64,000 nucleotides of DNA from Antedon mediterranea (Eukaryota > Animalia > Echinodermata): the NCBI RefSeq assembly GCF_964355755.1, contig NC_092673.1, forward strand, positions 29,385,648-29,449,647, in the 5' to 3' direction. The position numbers and the translations under genes are program-made. How positions within the stretch are numbered: position 1 is the stretch's first letter; each line of letters opens with the position of its first letter. The notes beneath the pieces were generated by a model that worked only from the letters and a program-made list of their open reading frames with translations, had not been told where the DNA came from and did not search any database. This document shows positions 1-13,500 of this stretch, in pieces.

Positions 1-519
1 AAACTAGAGACAGTGGCTGTATTCACCAATCACACTTAAGTGAGATATTTCCCTTAAACATTAAGTATTTCAGTTAACTCAATAAATATTTAAGTATTTC
101 CCTTAAATTGTATTCACTTAGATAGAGTTAGTGTTTCCCTTAGCCTAAGTGTGAATGTGGCCACAAGAGAGGAAGTGATTGTAACTTACTAGCATAGTTC
201 ATGTTGATTTTTACCTTTATTGTGGAAAGAGCGAAATCCCTGTAAAAATCCTGACTTTGGGCTTGTTTAATTCACTATTAAAATTGGTGAAATTGTATTT
301 TTTGTATGTGCATGACCCCAGAGAAGAACAACAACTCTGTGGTTAGATAAAGTTGAATTTAGATTTTATAGCTAGAAAATTGATTTCAATCAATCATAAA
401 TCTTAAGATAACAACATTTAGAGGCTGCATATTCAAGATTCAATAAAATGACACCTTATTTATTACACATGAAATACACAGCGCAATACAATGAAAGCTG
501 TTGAAGCAACATTGGCTTA

Positions 520-686
520 CGCTCTGTCTACACTATCAAAACAGTGTGATGTGCCCAAATATGGTAGTGATATACCCAAATATGGTAGTGATATAGCCAA
601 ATATGTTAGTGATATGACATCATCATGTCCATATATGGACACATCACATTTTTTGTCACATAAAGTTTGATAGTGTAGACAGAGCT
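520..686. mobile_element. MITE family A (PIF/Harbinger, Tourist-like)
   Basis: TIR (A)GCTCTGTCTACACTATCAAA / TTTGATAGTGTAGACAGAGCT with TTA TSD and internal short repeats. Other copies at 11881-12012, 18748-18889 (right end truncated), 26983-27144, about 39296-39448, and a split copy at about 2605-2935. Confidence 0.85.
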
Positions 687-1159
687 TTATAATAACAGAA
701 TTATGCAAACAGACATCAAACATCTATCTATTTATTATTCAGTGACCTTTTATAATACTTGAATTCTTTTTTTTTGATATTGCATATATTTCAATTTTTA
801 AAACAATGAACCATATGTATTGCAGATACAGTATCTTATTTTTGAATAAAATGTTAGTAAAAATTATAAGTAGATAATAGAATTTATGGTTTACTTAAAA
901 TCTTTTTTAGCTTTTTTTTTATGTTCATATTTTTATTATGCATATATGTTGTATGTACAGCGGTTAGAGGTTAGTAGGTGCCTTACAAATCCAAAATAAT
1001 ATTATTGTTTATGAGGTTATTTTAATTTATGTATAATAATGTAACTAAAGTTGTATAGAACATAGACGGATTAAATTGGAATGGTCGGACCAGCTACCAT
1101 GACCAAAACCGAAATATAGAAAATTACAATTCACAAATTAAGACAGTTTACCATTTTAG

Positions 1160-4100
1160 GCCAAATTGCAAAATTCTGTAGAATACTGCAGGTATGTGCA
1201 TGCTTAACATGCACTTTTATAATTGCATGTTAAGTGTTAAATTATCCATCTATATTCAGATGTTATTTCTCCATATTTAGAAATTATCCCTCCATATTTA
1301 GAAATTATCCTTCCATATTTAGAAATGATCCCTCTATTTTTTGAAATTATTTCTCCATATTTAGACGTTATCCCTCCATATTTAGAAATTATCCATTCAA
1401 TATTTAGAAATTATTCAATCAAATTTAGACATTATTTCTCCATATTTAGAAATTATCCCTCCATATTTAGAAATTATCCCTCCATATTTAGAAATTATCC
1501 CTCCATATTTAGAAATTAGTCATTCATATTTAGTAATTATTTCTCCATATTTAGAAATTATCCCTCCATATTTAGAAATTATCCCTCCATATTTAGAAAT
1601 TATTTCTCCATATTTAGAAATTATCCCTCCATATTTAGAAATTATCCCTCCATATTTAGAAATTATCCCTCCATATTTAGAAATTATTCATTCATATTTA
1701 GTAATTATTTCTCCATATTTAGAAATTCTCCCTCCATATTTAGAAACTAATACAGATTACTCAGACAAATAAATACATTAATTTATCTTAATCCATTTGC
1801 AGGTTTCTAACAACGTCAAAAAACTTTTACAAGATCGACAAAGTCTTTGTTACACAGGTTCAAAATTGACTGTGCAACCGGCAGCACAACATGTAGAGAT
1901 GAGAGGGGGCCACTGGAAGCAGGATACAAGTACAAGTATTACAGGCTGGAGGAACTATTCACATCATAGTGTCAGTATTAGGGATGTACCAACATGATGC
2001 GGCTAGGAATGTACCGACATGATACGCGCCATGACGTGGCTAGGGATGTACCGACATGATACGGGCCATGATGCGGTTAGGGATGTACCGACATGATACG
2101 CACCATGATGCGGCTAGGAATGTACCGCGCCATGGTGCGGCTAGGGATGTACCGACATGATACAGGCCATGATACGGCTAGGGATGTACCGACATGATAC
2201 GGGCCACAATTCGGTTAGGGATGTACCGACATGATCGAGCCATAATGCGGCTAGGAATGTACCGACATGATACGCGCTATGGTGCAGCTAGGGATGTACC
2301 GACATGATACAGGCCATGATACGGCTAGGGATGTACCGACATGATACAGGCCACGATTCGGTTAAGGATGTACCGACATGATAAAGGCCAGGGTAGCTAC
2401 CTACTCGTCTCAAAAGATGTACTAGGTTCTTTAACGTGCACATGAACCAGATGTGTACACTGGACCTACGGTTTATAGTCCTTATCTGGGAAGACTCGTT
2501 CTACCACCAGAACCATGGAGTGAGTGAGCCTCGAACCCTTGCCGATGTTAATATGGCAAGGTACTAGGGTCCTCTAGCTCTTCTCGGTTTGAAAAATCTT
2601 GCAAACTCTGTCTACATATGTGATATGCCCATATATGGACATATCACTACCATATATGCGCACATCACATATTTTTGTCACATAGAGTTTGACATAACTG
2701 AGAACACCTGTGAGTTATGTACTGGCTGGTCTATGCACCTTAAATTGCTGGTAAACGGAAGCAGCGATGTGGGTTTGATTGGTCTTGTTTAATTTTTCGG
2801 TTTTTGTCAAATTTATCAATTGTATTTAGGTTTAAGGTTTATATGTTTCATGGTTTTTCACAAGCGCCTTGAGCACTTTAGTGGATATGTGCGCTGTATA
2901 AATCTTATTATTATTATTATAGTGTAGACAGAGCTCTAGGTCCAATACGCTGTATCAACTTTCTTCCATTTAGATTTATACAATGGTGCAAATACTTTAG
3001 TTACTTTCTCTCAACATAATAATTTGTCTTTGTTTACTGTTACGAATAGACAGATAATCAATTGTTCATTTTCTATCGTTACAATTTTCATTAATTTTTC
3101 TAAATATAGGATAATCCAAAGAATGTTTTATATCCAAATTTTAGGTGCACTATATGTGACATTCTAACTTGCATTTTGATTTTTTTTTAAATGATTTTAT
3201 AAATGATATTTATAGCCATTTTGTGTGCATTCCTAATGTTGTTTCAACCACTAGTTGGTATGTTTTGTATAACTGTGAGATTATATTTTCTACAAATAAA
3301 ATTTGTTTACAAAATAAAATTAAAAATTGTTAATAATATTAAAAGCTCTGGGCTTGTTAATATCAATATCATGATATACAGTATTCTATATGTTCTTTTG
3401 CATTTTTGTCTGATAATATAATAAATTCATATAATTGCCTTTGACTCAACTATTGATATTTTCTTTAATTGTTTATCCTTATTTAAATCCAAAATTAAGA
3501 ACTGTTTGTAATTGGTTCTTGTAGACCTTTTCAATGTTCTTTTGTCTTGTTTTTTATGTATTCCAGTCTGTAAATGGCGGGCTACCCGATGTTGATTGCG
3601 AATTGAAAACAAATGATAAAAACGTGCCAATTTATTTCGGGACTTGCTATACATACAGCGACGGTACGTATAACAACTGTTATACTTATACGTACCGCGA
3701 CAGGCAACCAATTATAGAGCTGAGCATAGATTCACTTTTATTTTCACGACGCGCGCCCACATGGATAGTCTGGGCTCCAGACGGAGTTGTTTTGTCTTAA
3801 TATTAGTAAAAGTATAAATATTTTTGCACATATGGCGTTTCATACGTGTATTACTTGAGTTTGGAATTTTCAGACAAAAATCAAAACGACGACGTGTGGA
3901 ATGACATAAAAACTAAGACTAGGCAAGTCTAGCACATGGACAACGCAGAGTTCGTATCGTAAAGTCGATAATAAAAGGTTTTAGTTATTTATTACAATAA
4001 ATGATAAGCCGGTCGAAGCGTGAGACTGACTCCTGGTCGTCGCAGTGTTTATTAAAATATTTGTTTACAACAAAATAAAAAAAAAAAATGACGTCGTGCT

Positions 4101-5890
4101 GTCGTGAGTCGCAATAATAAAAATGAATATTACTGTAATATTTATTTTGAAATCGTAGAATATAAAGCGTACATGTGTAATGTTATGTTCTTGTTCAACC
4201 CATAAATTATTTAGAATTTATTAGTTATTATTATTATCAGTTATTATTAGTTATTATTCCTGTAGCTGCTGTGGTCGTAGATAATGTTTTTGTTGTTAAA
4301 TACGGTTCTTTCTGTACTATTTAGTTAAGCATAATTTTCTTATAGAAATTTGACCGGCGTGGGAGAAAATCCAATCCGCACAGCGCCATTCTCACAATTG
4401 AGATGAGAAATCTATGAGAATAAGAAAATGTATTGTTGTGTTATACCAAGGCAATCTAACAACATGATGCGGAGCTCCGGAGATCAAAAGGTTTACCTGT
4501 GGATGTGTGACGGTCAGTTAATTCAATGCCCCTTACCACCGAGCGCAGCGGAGAATATGTACATAGTACAGTACTGTCGGTATTTGTCGCAGCCAGACAT
4601 ACGATCAAAGAACTGTTACGAGAGCCTATCTTGACAAGGCAAGCTCAGTGTCCTGTTGTTAGATTGCCTTTGTTATATGTGTTATACGAGTAGCATTCAC
4701 GAAAGATTCGTGACGTATTAGGTGCGTAAAGAAAACACATATTTTTTATCATCAGACATAATATATTTAGCATTATACTCGGTTTCTGTGAACATCTTGT
4801 AACACACAATTATTTAATAAACATGAACCAAAAATAAACAATATTTTACCTTAATTATAGATTTCTATATATATTACATAATACATTAATTATTAACGAA
4901 CATAAACTTAGAATAATTAGTACAGTATAGTATTAGTACGATAGTTTGGTTGTGGGGAGTCGAGGATGGATGAGGACGGGGGGAGTAGGTAAAGACAACA
5001 CACTATTATTTAATCACAACCTGAGCACCAAAGATGATAATAGTTTAACTACCGTACCTACCCGATAAGGCATCAAATACTGCCGTTTAATCGGTAAAAT
5101 ATAAGATTTTACAACCCCTTGGGAATGATATTATGTTCTCGAGAAATATATTTTCCTCAGTTAGCGCTTCGGGTATATCGTTCCCTCGGGCGGGGATGTC
5201 AAATCTTATATTTAACTTCTAAGCAGTCAATATCTGTATAATATTATATAAGAGCTAGAGGGATTGCATACTTCTATCAACAACTTTTATATAAACAACA
5301 ACATATTACATAAATTAACGTTGTATACATTGTTTTGTTTCTATAACTACACATGAAAGTAAAACATATATGATGGAAGAAGTCACTAGATTGCATTTAG
5401 GGGATTTGATGACGTCACCGGTCAAGTTTCTAGATTCAAGGAAATGTAGGCCTAATTATTTTGCATTGCGTAATTCTGTTCCAAAATCTTTATTAATATT
5501 AAATTGTGGATTATTTTATTAACAAATTACTAGAAATTACACAATATTTAATTGGCTATAAATTGTCGTTTAATAGCCATATATAAACCTTATGTTATGA
5601 CGTCATTCCATTTCATTCATCTAAAAACATTTTAATAAAATGTACGCTAATAGACCTAAATGGTTAAAGACGACCAACTGTTATATTGTATGTATATCAA
5701 ATTTAAATCAACCAAACAAATTTCATTTTTACCTTGTTATGACAATACTATCGTAACGTAACTAAGAAGAAGACGGATTATCATTTTTAATTAAATAAAT
5801 TCAATGTTTTTAGATTTGAAGTTAAGAAAAGTACTCTATAGTACTTTTTTGAACGTAAGGAACGTGATCCCAGAAGAGCTTACCTTTTGA
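1160..5890 (+). CDS. Candidate 3' exons of an unidentified plus-strand gene entering from the left edge
   Basis: Five AG/GT-bounded segments with compatible phases (1160-1191, 1803-1857, 3567-3663, 4266-4304, 5814-5890) splice to AKLQNSVEYCRFLTTSKNFYKIDKVFVTQSVNGGLPDVDCELKTNDKNVPIYFGTCYTYSDAAVVVDNVFVVKYDLKLRKVLYSTFLNVRNVIPEELTF*. Two donors are weak (GTTCAA, GTTCTT) and no domain is recognised. Confidence 0.35.
1238..1746. repeat. 21-bp minisatellite (GAAATTATCCCTCCATATTTA)n, about 24 units
   Basis: Head-to-tail units with no spacers; this explains the spurious ORF 1325-1519. Confidence 0.95.
1978..2391. repeat. About 37-bp minisatellite (GGCTAGGGATGTACCGACATGATACGGGCCATGATGC)n, about 11 units
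   Basis: Direct tandem units abutting the 3' part of the adjacent SINE. Confidence 0.9.
2385..2590 (-). mobile_element. tRNA-derived SINE with a Deu/Nin-like central domain
   Basis: Minus strand has a B-box-like GGTTCGAGGC followed by CAGATAAGGACTATAAACCGTAGGTCC...CACGTTAAAGAACC...GAGTAGG, which resembles the Deu/Nin SINE core as I recall it. Confidence 0.6.
2693..2920 (+). mobile_element. 5'-truncated L2-like retroposon 3' end inserted in a family-A MITE
   Basis: Ends AAGCGCCTTGAGCAC...GCGCTGTATAAATC(TTA)n and splits the right TIR of the MITE (TTTGA | TAGTGTAGACAGAGCT). Confidence 0.6.
5075..5235. mobile_element. Degenerate hairpin MITE
   Basis: Imperfect inverted arms: AAATATAAGATTTTACAACCCC versus GGGGATGTCAAATCTTATATTT. 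Confidence 0.5.
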
Positions 5891-6222
5891 CAGGTTTGAT
5901 CTTTAATTCATTGTACTGTTGCCTATTTTATCCATTTAAAATTAAAAGCCAACGAACAATATAACTACAAAAATATACTATTGTATCGCAGCTGTCTACA
6001 GCTAACTGGATCTGTAATTCACTATTCTAAGTAGGTTTAAAGTTAAGTTCACGTAACAATGGAAGTCAAAGTCAACAAACTTAATTCGGAATATTGCAAA
6101 TTGTCCCTTGCCCAATAAATTCTATATTTATAATACGATAATAATATATACAGGAGAATAATACTATAGGAACTCTAGACAAGGAACTTTCGGTTTATGA
6201 CGACCACAGAACTATGACGTAA

Positions 6223-6524
6223 AGCTTGATTCCGCAATGTATGACGCAACGCAAGGATGTAAGCGCAACGTAAAGCTTGGTTCCCATTAGGACGTAACGC
6301 AAAGACGTAAACGTAACGCAAGCGTGTTGACCAATGACAAGCCACTGTTTGAATACTTCATTGCTTTTGATTGGTCAAATCACTTACGTTGTGCTTACGT
6401 CCTTGCGGTGCGTAGCTTGTGGGAACCGAGCTTTAGTAATATGACTAATCAATGGATTATCGCTTGTCAATGTACATTGCGTTGCGCTTCCGTCGTTGCG
6501 TTGCATCCCAGAGGGAACCAGGCT
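6223..6524. mobile_element. MITE family B: younger copy (6274-6432) nested in an older copy
   Basis: TIR AGC(T/G)TGGTTCCCACTAG with TWA flanks; the insert sits at GCAACG|TAA of the host copy. Confidence 0.85.
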
Positions 6525-7573
6525 TGTAAAACCACCTCATAATTTCTAGGAACCTAGGTCGTCGAAAATGCAAAGCTCTTTATGTTGTGGAATGTACTAT
6601 AGGATAATTAACATCTAATCAATAAACTGCCATCTAACTACTTATTGCAATTTATTATATTGTAAAAGTTACAGTATATTTATATATACTTTATAATAGC
6701 TACCATTTTGTAATTTATAAAGATAATAAAATGTCTTCTATTTGCGTGTACCAAGGAATGCAAATGATAACATATTGTATAAATAATTTGCCAAAATAGG
6801 CACAGGGTAAACTGGAAAACTAAACTAAAACCTTGATATAGGCTAGTACAGAATGATGATCTCATGATACTGTTCCGGCGAATGTAAATCCTCCCAACTA
6901 GATGAACAATCACCCGACGCCATTTTAAACTCAATCTCTTGGTAATTAAAGCAAATTTTCAATTATTTAAAATAATTGTCTTAAAAAAATCGACGTTATG
7001 ACGCAGCAGTTGAAATAAACCGAAATGATTTGGTCTTAAAAGCTACATTCTAACTTGTTCCGTTTCACGGAACGGAAGACGTGAAACGGAACAAACACGA
7101 GTGTTAATTAATATCATAAATTTGAATATAGAATAATATTCTTTGGTGTTTACTTTGAAGGTGGTCTGTAATTGAAAGTATATAATCAAAGGTTTTGGTA
7201 ATTTAAATTGATCTTTACTTTGTTTTAACTTATTAAGCCCGCTTTTCATTAGCTGAGAATAATAATATGTTCACGTGAATCGAACATTCCTGAGTTCTGA
7301 TTGGTTGCACATTTCCACTAAAAGTAGATGATAATACGCATGCGCCTGTCTAGTCAACGCTTTCGCTGCGCGCGAATATATTATTATTGGCCAATGAAAA
7401 ACAGATTTAGAGACCTTTCATTTTCACGACGCGTTAGACTACGCACATCTGTGTGTGTTAATTATGTTTCTGGGCGTGCGCAGAATGACTTTTCACTCGA
7501 CAGCTACAAAGCCGAGTGGCTCGTATGAAAACGACGTATCTATTGTATAAAACAGATTAGTACACAGTGATAG

Positions 7574-10500
7574 TTAGGGATGTCCATTTGCAACTGTTTT
7601 GCCCTTTCCTTTGCCCTTTTTGTTTAAAGTGGAGAGAACTTCAATTGCAGCTCGGCTTCCCGACTCCACCGATCCTTCCATGTGCCCTTTCCATGTAGTA
7701 GATAAGGCCGATCCAGCCCAGTGTATCCTAAACAGACATTTAGTCAAACCAATTATTAAAAATAAGATCTTTATTTACAAATATGCTGAAGCAAGCAGAC
7801 TATTTAACAACTGCCTTATATAGCCTTTATTAGGTATGATCCGTTTTTGGAAGAATCGAGGATTTTTAAAGAGAGGGAGGCCAGCCTGATAATTGTAAAA
7901 CGAAGTGCTGAATTTAATGTCCTATCGTTTACATTGCACACTTTTAAACAATTGTTTTTAGTGTTACTTTGTTTTTAACCCATGCTTTTTTTAATCAATA
8001 GATGAGTCTGAAAATAATCATAACATGCTAACACGGATATTCACCAATGGAACGCTCTTAATTTTTAAGTATTCTTTTATATACATTCAATCATAAAAAC
8101 CCATATTTAAAAAATGGTAATAAAAATACTCTACCTGCTTATAGGTTCTAGTAATGTTTTGTAGTAGTACGTTAAACATCCGGGCATTAAAAACGAAGTA
8201 GGAAAACCGGAACAAAACGGTTCATCAGTCCAATCCTGTGAAAGATAAGAATTAAGGACAATTTCCACAGACGAGCAGTAACGGTAATACAAATATAGAA
8301 ATCTATGTTATTCCTTATGACCATTTACACACAACGAGGAGTGTACGGACGGTTTCCGCTTAGAATAGTAAATTAGCGCCCTTTATTCAATGCACAAAAC
8401 TGCAGAATAATCTTATAGAGTATCTATAATACACTTATCCTTTCATTTGTTATTATTCAACTGTAGTACTGTTTCTCTCGATGACTTTTATTGTAAATAT
8501 CTTTATAAATTATTTATCGTGTACGGTATTGAATAATTTATATAAGAAGGCACAGTTTATTCTTCGTTCAAATATTGTGGAGACTTACAACTTCAATGAA
8601 ATCCAGAGGTTCTAACGCCTCTACGCAACCAAAGAAATTCCGTAAAGAATGCAATATGGTGCTCTGACGATCTTCGGGCTACAAGAAATAATTGGTACCA
8701 TATTATTAGCTAATACTAATACGAAAGTCAATGAATTATTAGTCGATATTACAAAGTCTAAATTGGACTTGTAAATCAAGTAAAATGGATTTTTTTTTTA
8801 CTAAGTGACGTTTGCCTGATGTTGATATAAGGGATGTAAATATGTTGTAAAATATTATACTGTATGTACGCATTCAAAATGAGAAGTACTTTACAATATT
8901 ATTAGTTATATTAAAGATACCGTAGCGTACAGTATCCATTTGAAACTGTTGGATATATCATTAACTAAACATTCATTTAACTTTCGTTGTTCAGTTAATT
9001 ATCTTCTATTTGTAAAGACCGTTATTTTGGATATAAATAATAATAATTACACTACTGCTACTATTTATTGTTTGGTTATTTGTTACACTTAATTACAAAC
9101 TCAAAAAGTTTAACCAAGATCTGAATAAATAAAATTAAAATACCTGTATGTCAGGTTTCACAAGACCCGTGTAGTAGACCTGCAGAGCCGGGTTGTGGTT
9201 CCACGTGGTAGCATCGTAAACTGCATGGAAGAACTCGCAGCTATTTTTTTTATGCACAAACTCTGTGTTTGTTATTCGAATGATTTGCCCACTAAAGCCT
9301 TTCTTTTTCCAAAACGCCTCTGGGTAAGTTACAACAGCCCTGTACATCGTACCCGTTGGCATTCGTTGAAGTAAACTTGTTTTTGCCGGTGGAAGATTTG
9401 GTAAAAATTCTATTTTGTCTATTGATTTAGGGAAAACATAAAAATAGATTTGAATATGCGTGCTTTATACGTTAGGTTGTATTAATTTCACTCCATACTT
9501 TTCCTAAATATTAATTAATTGTGTGATAATTTTGAGAGAACTGTACACATGGGGACGACAGTTATAAAAAACTAAAAAAATGCATGTATGTTGCCGACAT
9601 ACTGGCGTCAGACGTAACTTGGAAAACTCTATGGCACCTCATAGACACAATATTCAATAAAAATGCAAAGTTGTATTGTAGGCTAGAGCAGTTAACGCCA
9701 TAAAAATAGCCAAGTTGTTAGAGCAAATGTTTGTGAACAATTTGAAACCAGAATAAAGTCGTAGTCGCTACTGTGTATTGCCAATGATATGAACACTTTT
9801 TGTTTTTATGGTGGCCATTTTGAGATCAAGATGACCGCTATACCGAACCTTGGACACTTGGCACCCCCCGATATGTTGAAAATATATACATCAAAAAGAT
9901 TTTGTGGCAAGTTTCATGCTTTAGTAATAAAATGCACATCTTACTTCTCTACTATATCTGTTATAAGATGCTTAATACCTCACCTGCTGCACGCGAAGAC
10001 ACCGCTACAATAACTTTCTTCGCCGTATATTCTTCTCCAGTTTTTGTCGTTATCAATGCATTATCCCTATCTCTTTGGTCGATTTCAACTACTTGTTCTC
10101 GTAACCGTATTTTCTTCCGTTTTATCTTGTTAGCTAACACTTCACAAAGTGTTTGGGAACCACCCTACATCATAATGGAAATATTTAAATTAATAATAGC
10201 ACATTAAACAGTTTTAAATTAAAGATTTTACCATTTTTAATATTCGAAAACAAATATTTACAAAAAAGGAAAGGTCTGCGTTTGAATTACGTTTATAACG
10301 CGTTGATGAACCAGGATTAAACACTTTTTTTAAACGCTTAATGTTAATAAAAATATGAATGCCCTAAAGAAATAAGCATAAACATAATGTATTATTTTCG
10401 TTTGAAGTTCACGTCAATAGTAAATTTACATATTGATTTATGTTGTCGCTTTTTGTATAATGCAAAATGCAAAAAATAAAGCAACCGATCACAATCAGTG

Positions 10501-13500
10501 ACATGATTAAGGGCCTACATTAAATATGCGCGCGCGTACTTAAATACATTTTACGCTATTAGCTGATAGCATTATAAATTGGCATATTGACTAACGGTTA
10601 TTCAAAGGTGTATCGTGTTATTTTCATTTGTACACGCATTTCAACTTTGAATGTTGACGAGCGCGTACTAAAAATTATGCTGCTATCAACGTTGTTTGTA
10701 CGCGCGCGTTTATCACTAGTTAGCCTTTTATAAATAAATGCATATGTACCCTTATTTTGTAATCTCTAGCTTGTCCTTCCTTTTCACTCATCAGGTAACT
10801 CCATCCTCCGCAGCAGTTAAGATAATGTAACACGTATAAAAGAGAAATCTCTCGTGACGTCACACCGAATTCGAGCATAATTAATGTATCTACAGCATTA
10901 ATTGCAGCTAAACAATAAAATAATATTTTTTAATTGATACTTGTGTACATTGACATAATATTAATATTATAAAGTTTCTGAAATTAATACTCGTGACGTC
11001 ACACCGAATTCGAGCATAGTTAATTTATTTTTTTTTATTTATTTATTCAATTTTCTGCCATATACAATACAAAGAAGACAAAACAACTATAAAAGGCAAG
11101 GAGGGACCAAACAGGTGCTAAACACCTATGCTAGTTGGTCAACCCAGAACAGAGCACAGAAAAAAAAAAAAAACAAATTACGTTCTACAATTAAAACATC
11201 TACAAGAAAGCGACAAACTACACACATTTTCAATATCAACATTATTTTAAAAATAAATATTGAGATAATTTAATAATTTGGTTTTTTGTATCTACAGCAT
11301 TAATTGCACCTAAACAATACAATAATATTTTTTAAATGATAATTATCATGTATATTCTACATCATACATTATATATGTTTCTGAAATTAAACTTTGGTTT
11401 AAATTAAATTGATTTGAACAACGTTATGTTGAATCATTTCACATAAAACATGAGTTGTTTTAGACGGAATATTAAACACGGTCGTAGACGACCTGCTTTC
11501 AACATAATACTTGTTTTATTGTGATCGATGTGTTTTCTAGTTTCAAGTCGTTTGCTGTTTTTTATCATCAATATAAATGCGCGGGAAGCTTACCGTCTGT
11601 ATACAGCTCGTCTGCTCGGAACTGTTCAAACGTCGTCTTATCCCAATCCCACGCATGTTGACATTTAGTAGGGTCGTCTATTGGAACTACATTGCGCATG
11701 TTTTCTACCTGTAAAGGTTTTACAAAGCTTATTATTAGTCATTCGTTACAAATTCTGAGAGTATATTGAATAAAAACAGCAACAAGAAAATCAATCTGTT
11801 GCAAAAATATACATTTACTTGTTATTAAAATTTACTAAATTCTCAATGTATTTGTATTTGCAAATTTGATAAATTTATTAAGCTCTGTCTACACTATCAA
11901 AATAGTTGGACAAAAAAATGTGATGTGCCAAATATCCTGTCGTCATTGTGTCCATCATATAGGCACATTACATTTGTATTGTCACATACAGTTTGATAGT
12001 GTAGACAGAGCTTTAGACCATTTTAAGTAATAATTCAAGTATTATTGACTGTCAGTATGCCAATGGGTGTCCGTTGACTTATGCTTGGTTCCCACTATGA
12101 CGTAACGCAATGACGTCACAAGCGCATCGTAAGCAATTTGACCAATAAAAAGCGAAGGATTACTGTCGCATAACATTGGTCAAATCGCTTGCGTTGCTCT
12201 TTCAACGTCCTTGCGTTGCGTCCTAGTGAGAACCAAGCTCTACTGTCAATACGCCGACGATGTTTCCGTAAAGTTTGAAAGTCGGCCATTCCCTCGGAGA
12301 GTCGGACTTTATTGAATGGATTGGACCGACCAGTTAAATTTTAATTTCACTCTTCCCTGGTTTGAACTGCCCCTGATGATTGCTTTGCCTAATTGAAGAA
12401 ATTATATAACGTTTGGGTGCGCACAAACAGGCAGAGAAGAGTGACAGAGGTGTTAGGAAGTGATAGAGAGTTCACGGTCATTATAGGATCCCGAATTAGA
12501 ATTATTAGCCACCGTGTTGTAAAGCGTGGTTCCCACTAGAACCCAACGCAGCGACGTATCGACGCAAAGTGCTGTAATGCGTAATCACAAGTGGGAACCG
12601 ACGATGCAACAGTGCTTCAAACATTGCAGGTTTGATTTCACGCAGGCGGGGGAAAACACAATTATTGGAAGGGAATTTTCTTACGTTGCGTAGATTGCGT
12701 TACGTTGCGTCGGTTGCGTTACGTTGCATCGCTAGTGAGAACCAAGCGTTTAGCAGACATTGCCTAAAGCTTGGTTCCCACTAGAACGTAACGCAAGGAA
12801 ATAAACGCAACGCAAGCGTTTTAACCAATGACAAGCGAAGTTATAGACGGTTAGCAATCACAAGCGAATAAGCCATCGCTTGTGATTGGTCAATTCACTT
12901 GCGTTGCGTTACGTCCTTGTGTTGCGTCGCTAGTGGGAACCAAGCTTTACGTTGCTAGTGGGAACCCACGCTTAATGTGGCGAAAACTATAGAAATAACA
13001 TGGGAATATTGGCCATATCATCCTTCTCAATATTGTCACATCTGCTTTAATCTATTATCAACGTACATTTATAAAGAAGTTGACTTTGTTATTTTAACTC
13101 ATTACAATACAGAATGATTAAATCGAAATCGATATGTAAGAAATCTACAGCCACCGTTAGTCATCTGTGTCAGATAAATGTCATGTCATGAAATAATAAT
13201 ATTTATTTAGTGTAAATTGTGTCACAACGAGTTATTGAATAACGTCGTGTACGGTATAAAATATATACACTTTGCATCTAGTTGTCTTTGATTACTTTAG
13301 TGATTAAATTTACTGAATTTATAGTTTATATCTTGCATCATAGTTTCGTTATGCCTACTATAAGACGCAACACAAGGACGTAAGAGCAACGTAAAGCTTG
13401 GTTCCCACTAGCGACGCAACGTAACGCAATCTACGCAACGTAAGAAAATGCTCTTCTAATAATTGTGTTTGCCCCCACCTCCTGCGTGAAATCAAACCTA

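Noticed and set aside
1238-2391. Regular repeat arrays (also 20421-20690 and 61644-62080) as CRISPR arrays
   Set aside because: Units are contiguous with no unique spacers, there are no cas genes, and the context is eukaryotic.
12241-12390. GC-richer stretch as an extra oxidase exon
   Set aside because: It contains an in-frame stop, and the flanking exons already join in phase and collinearly with MAO.
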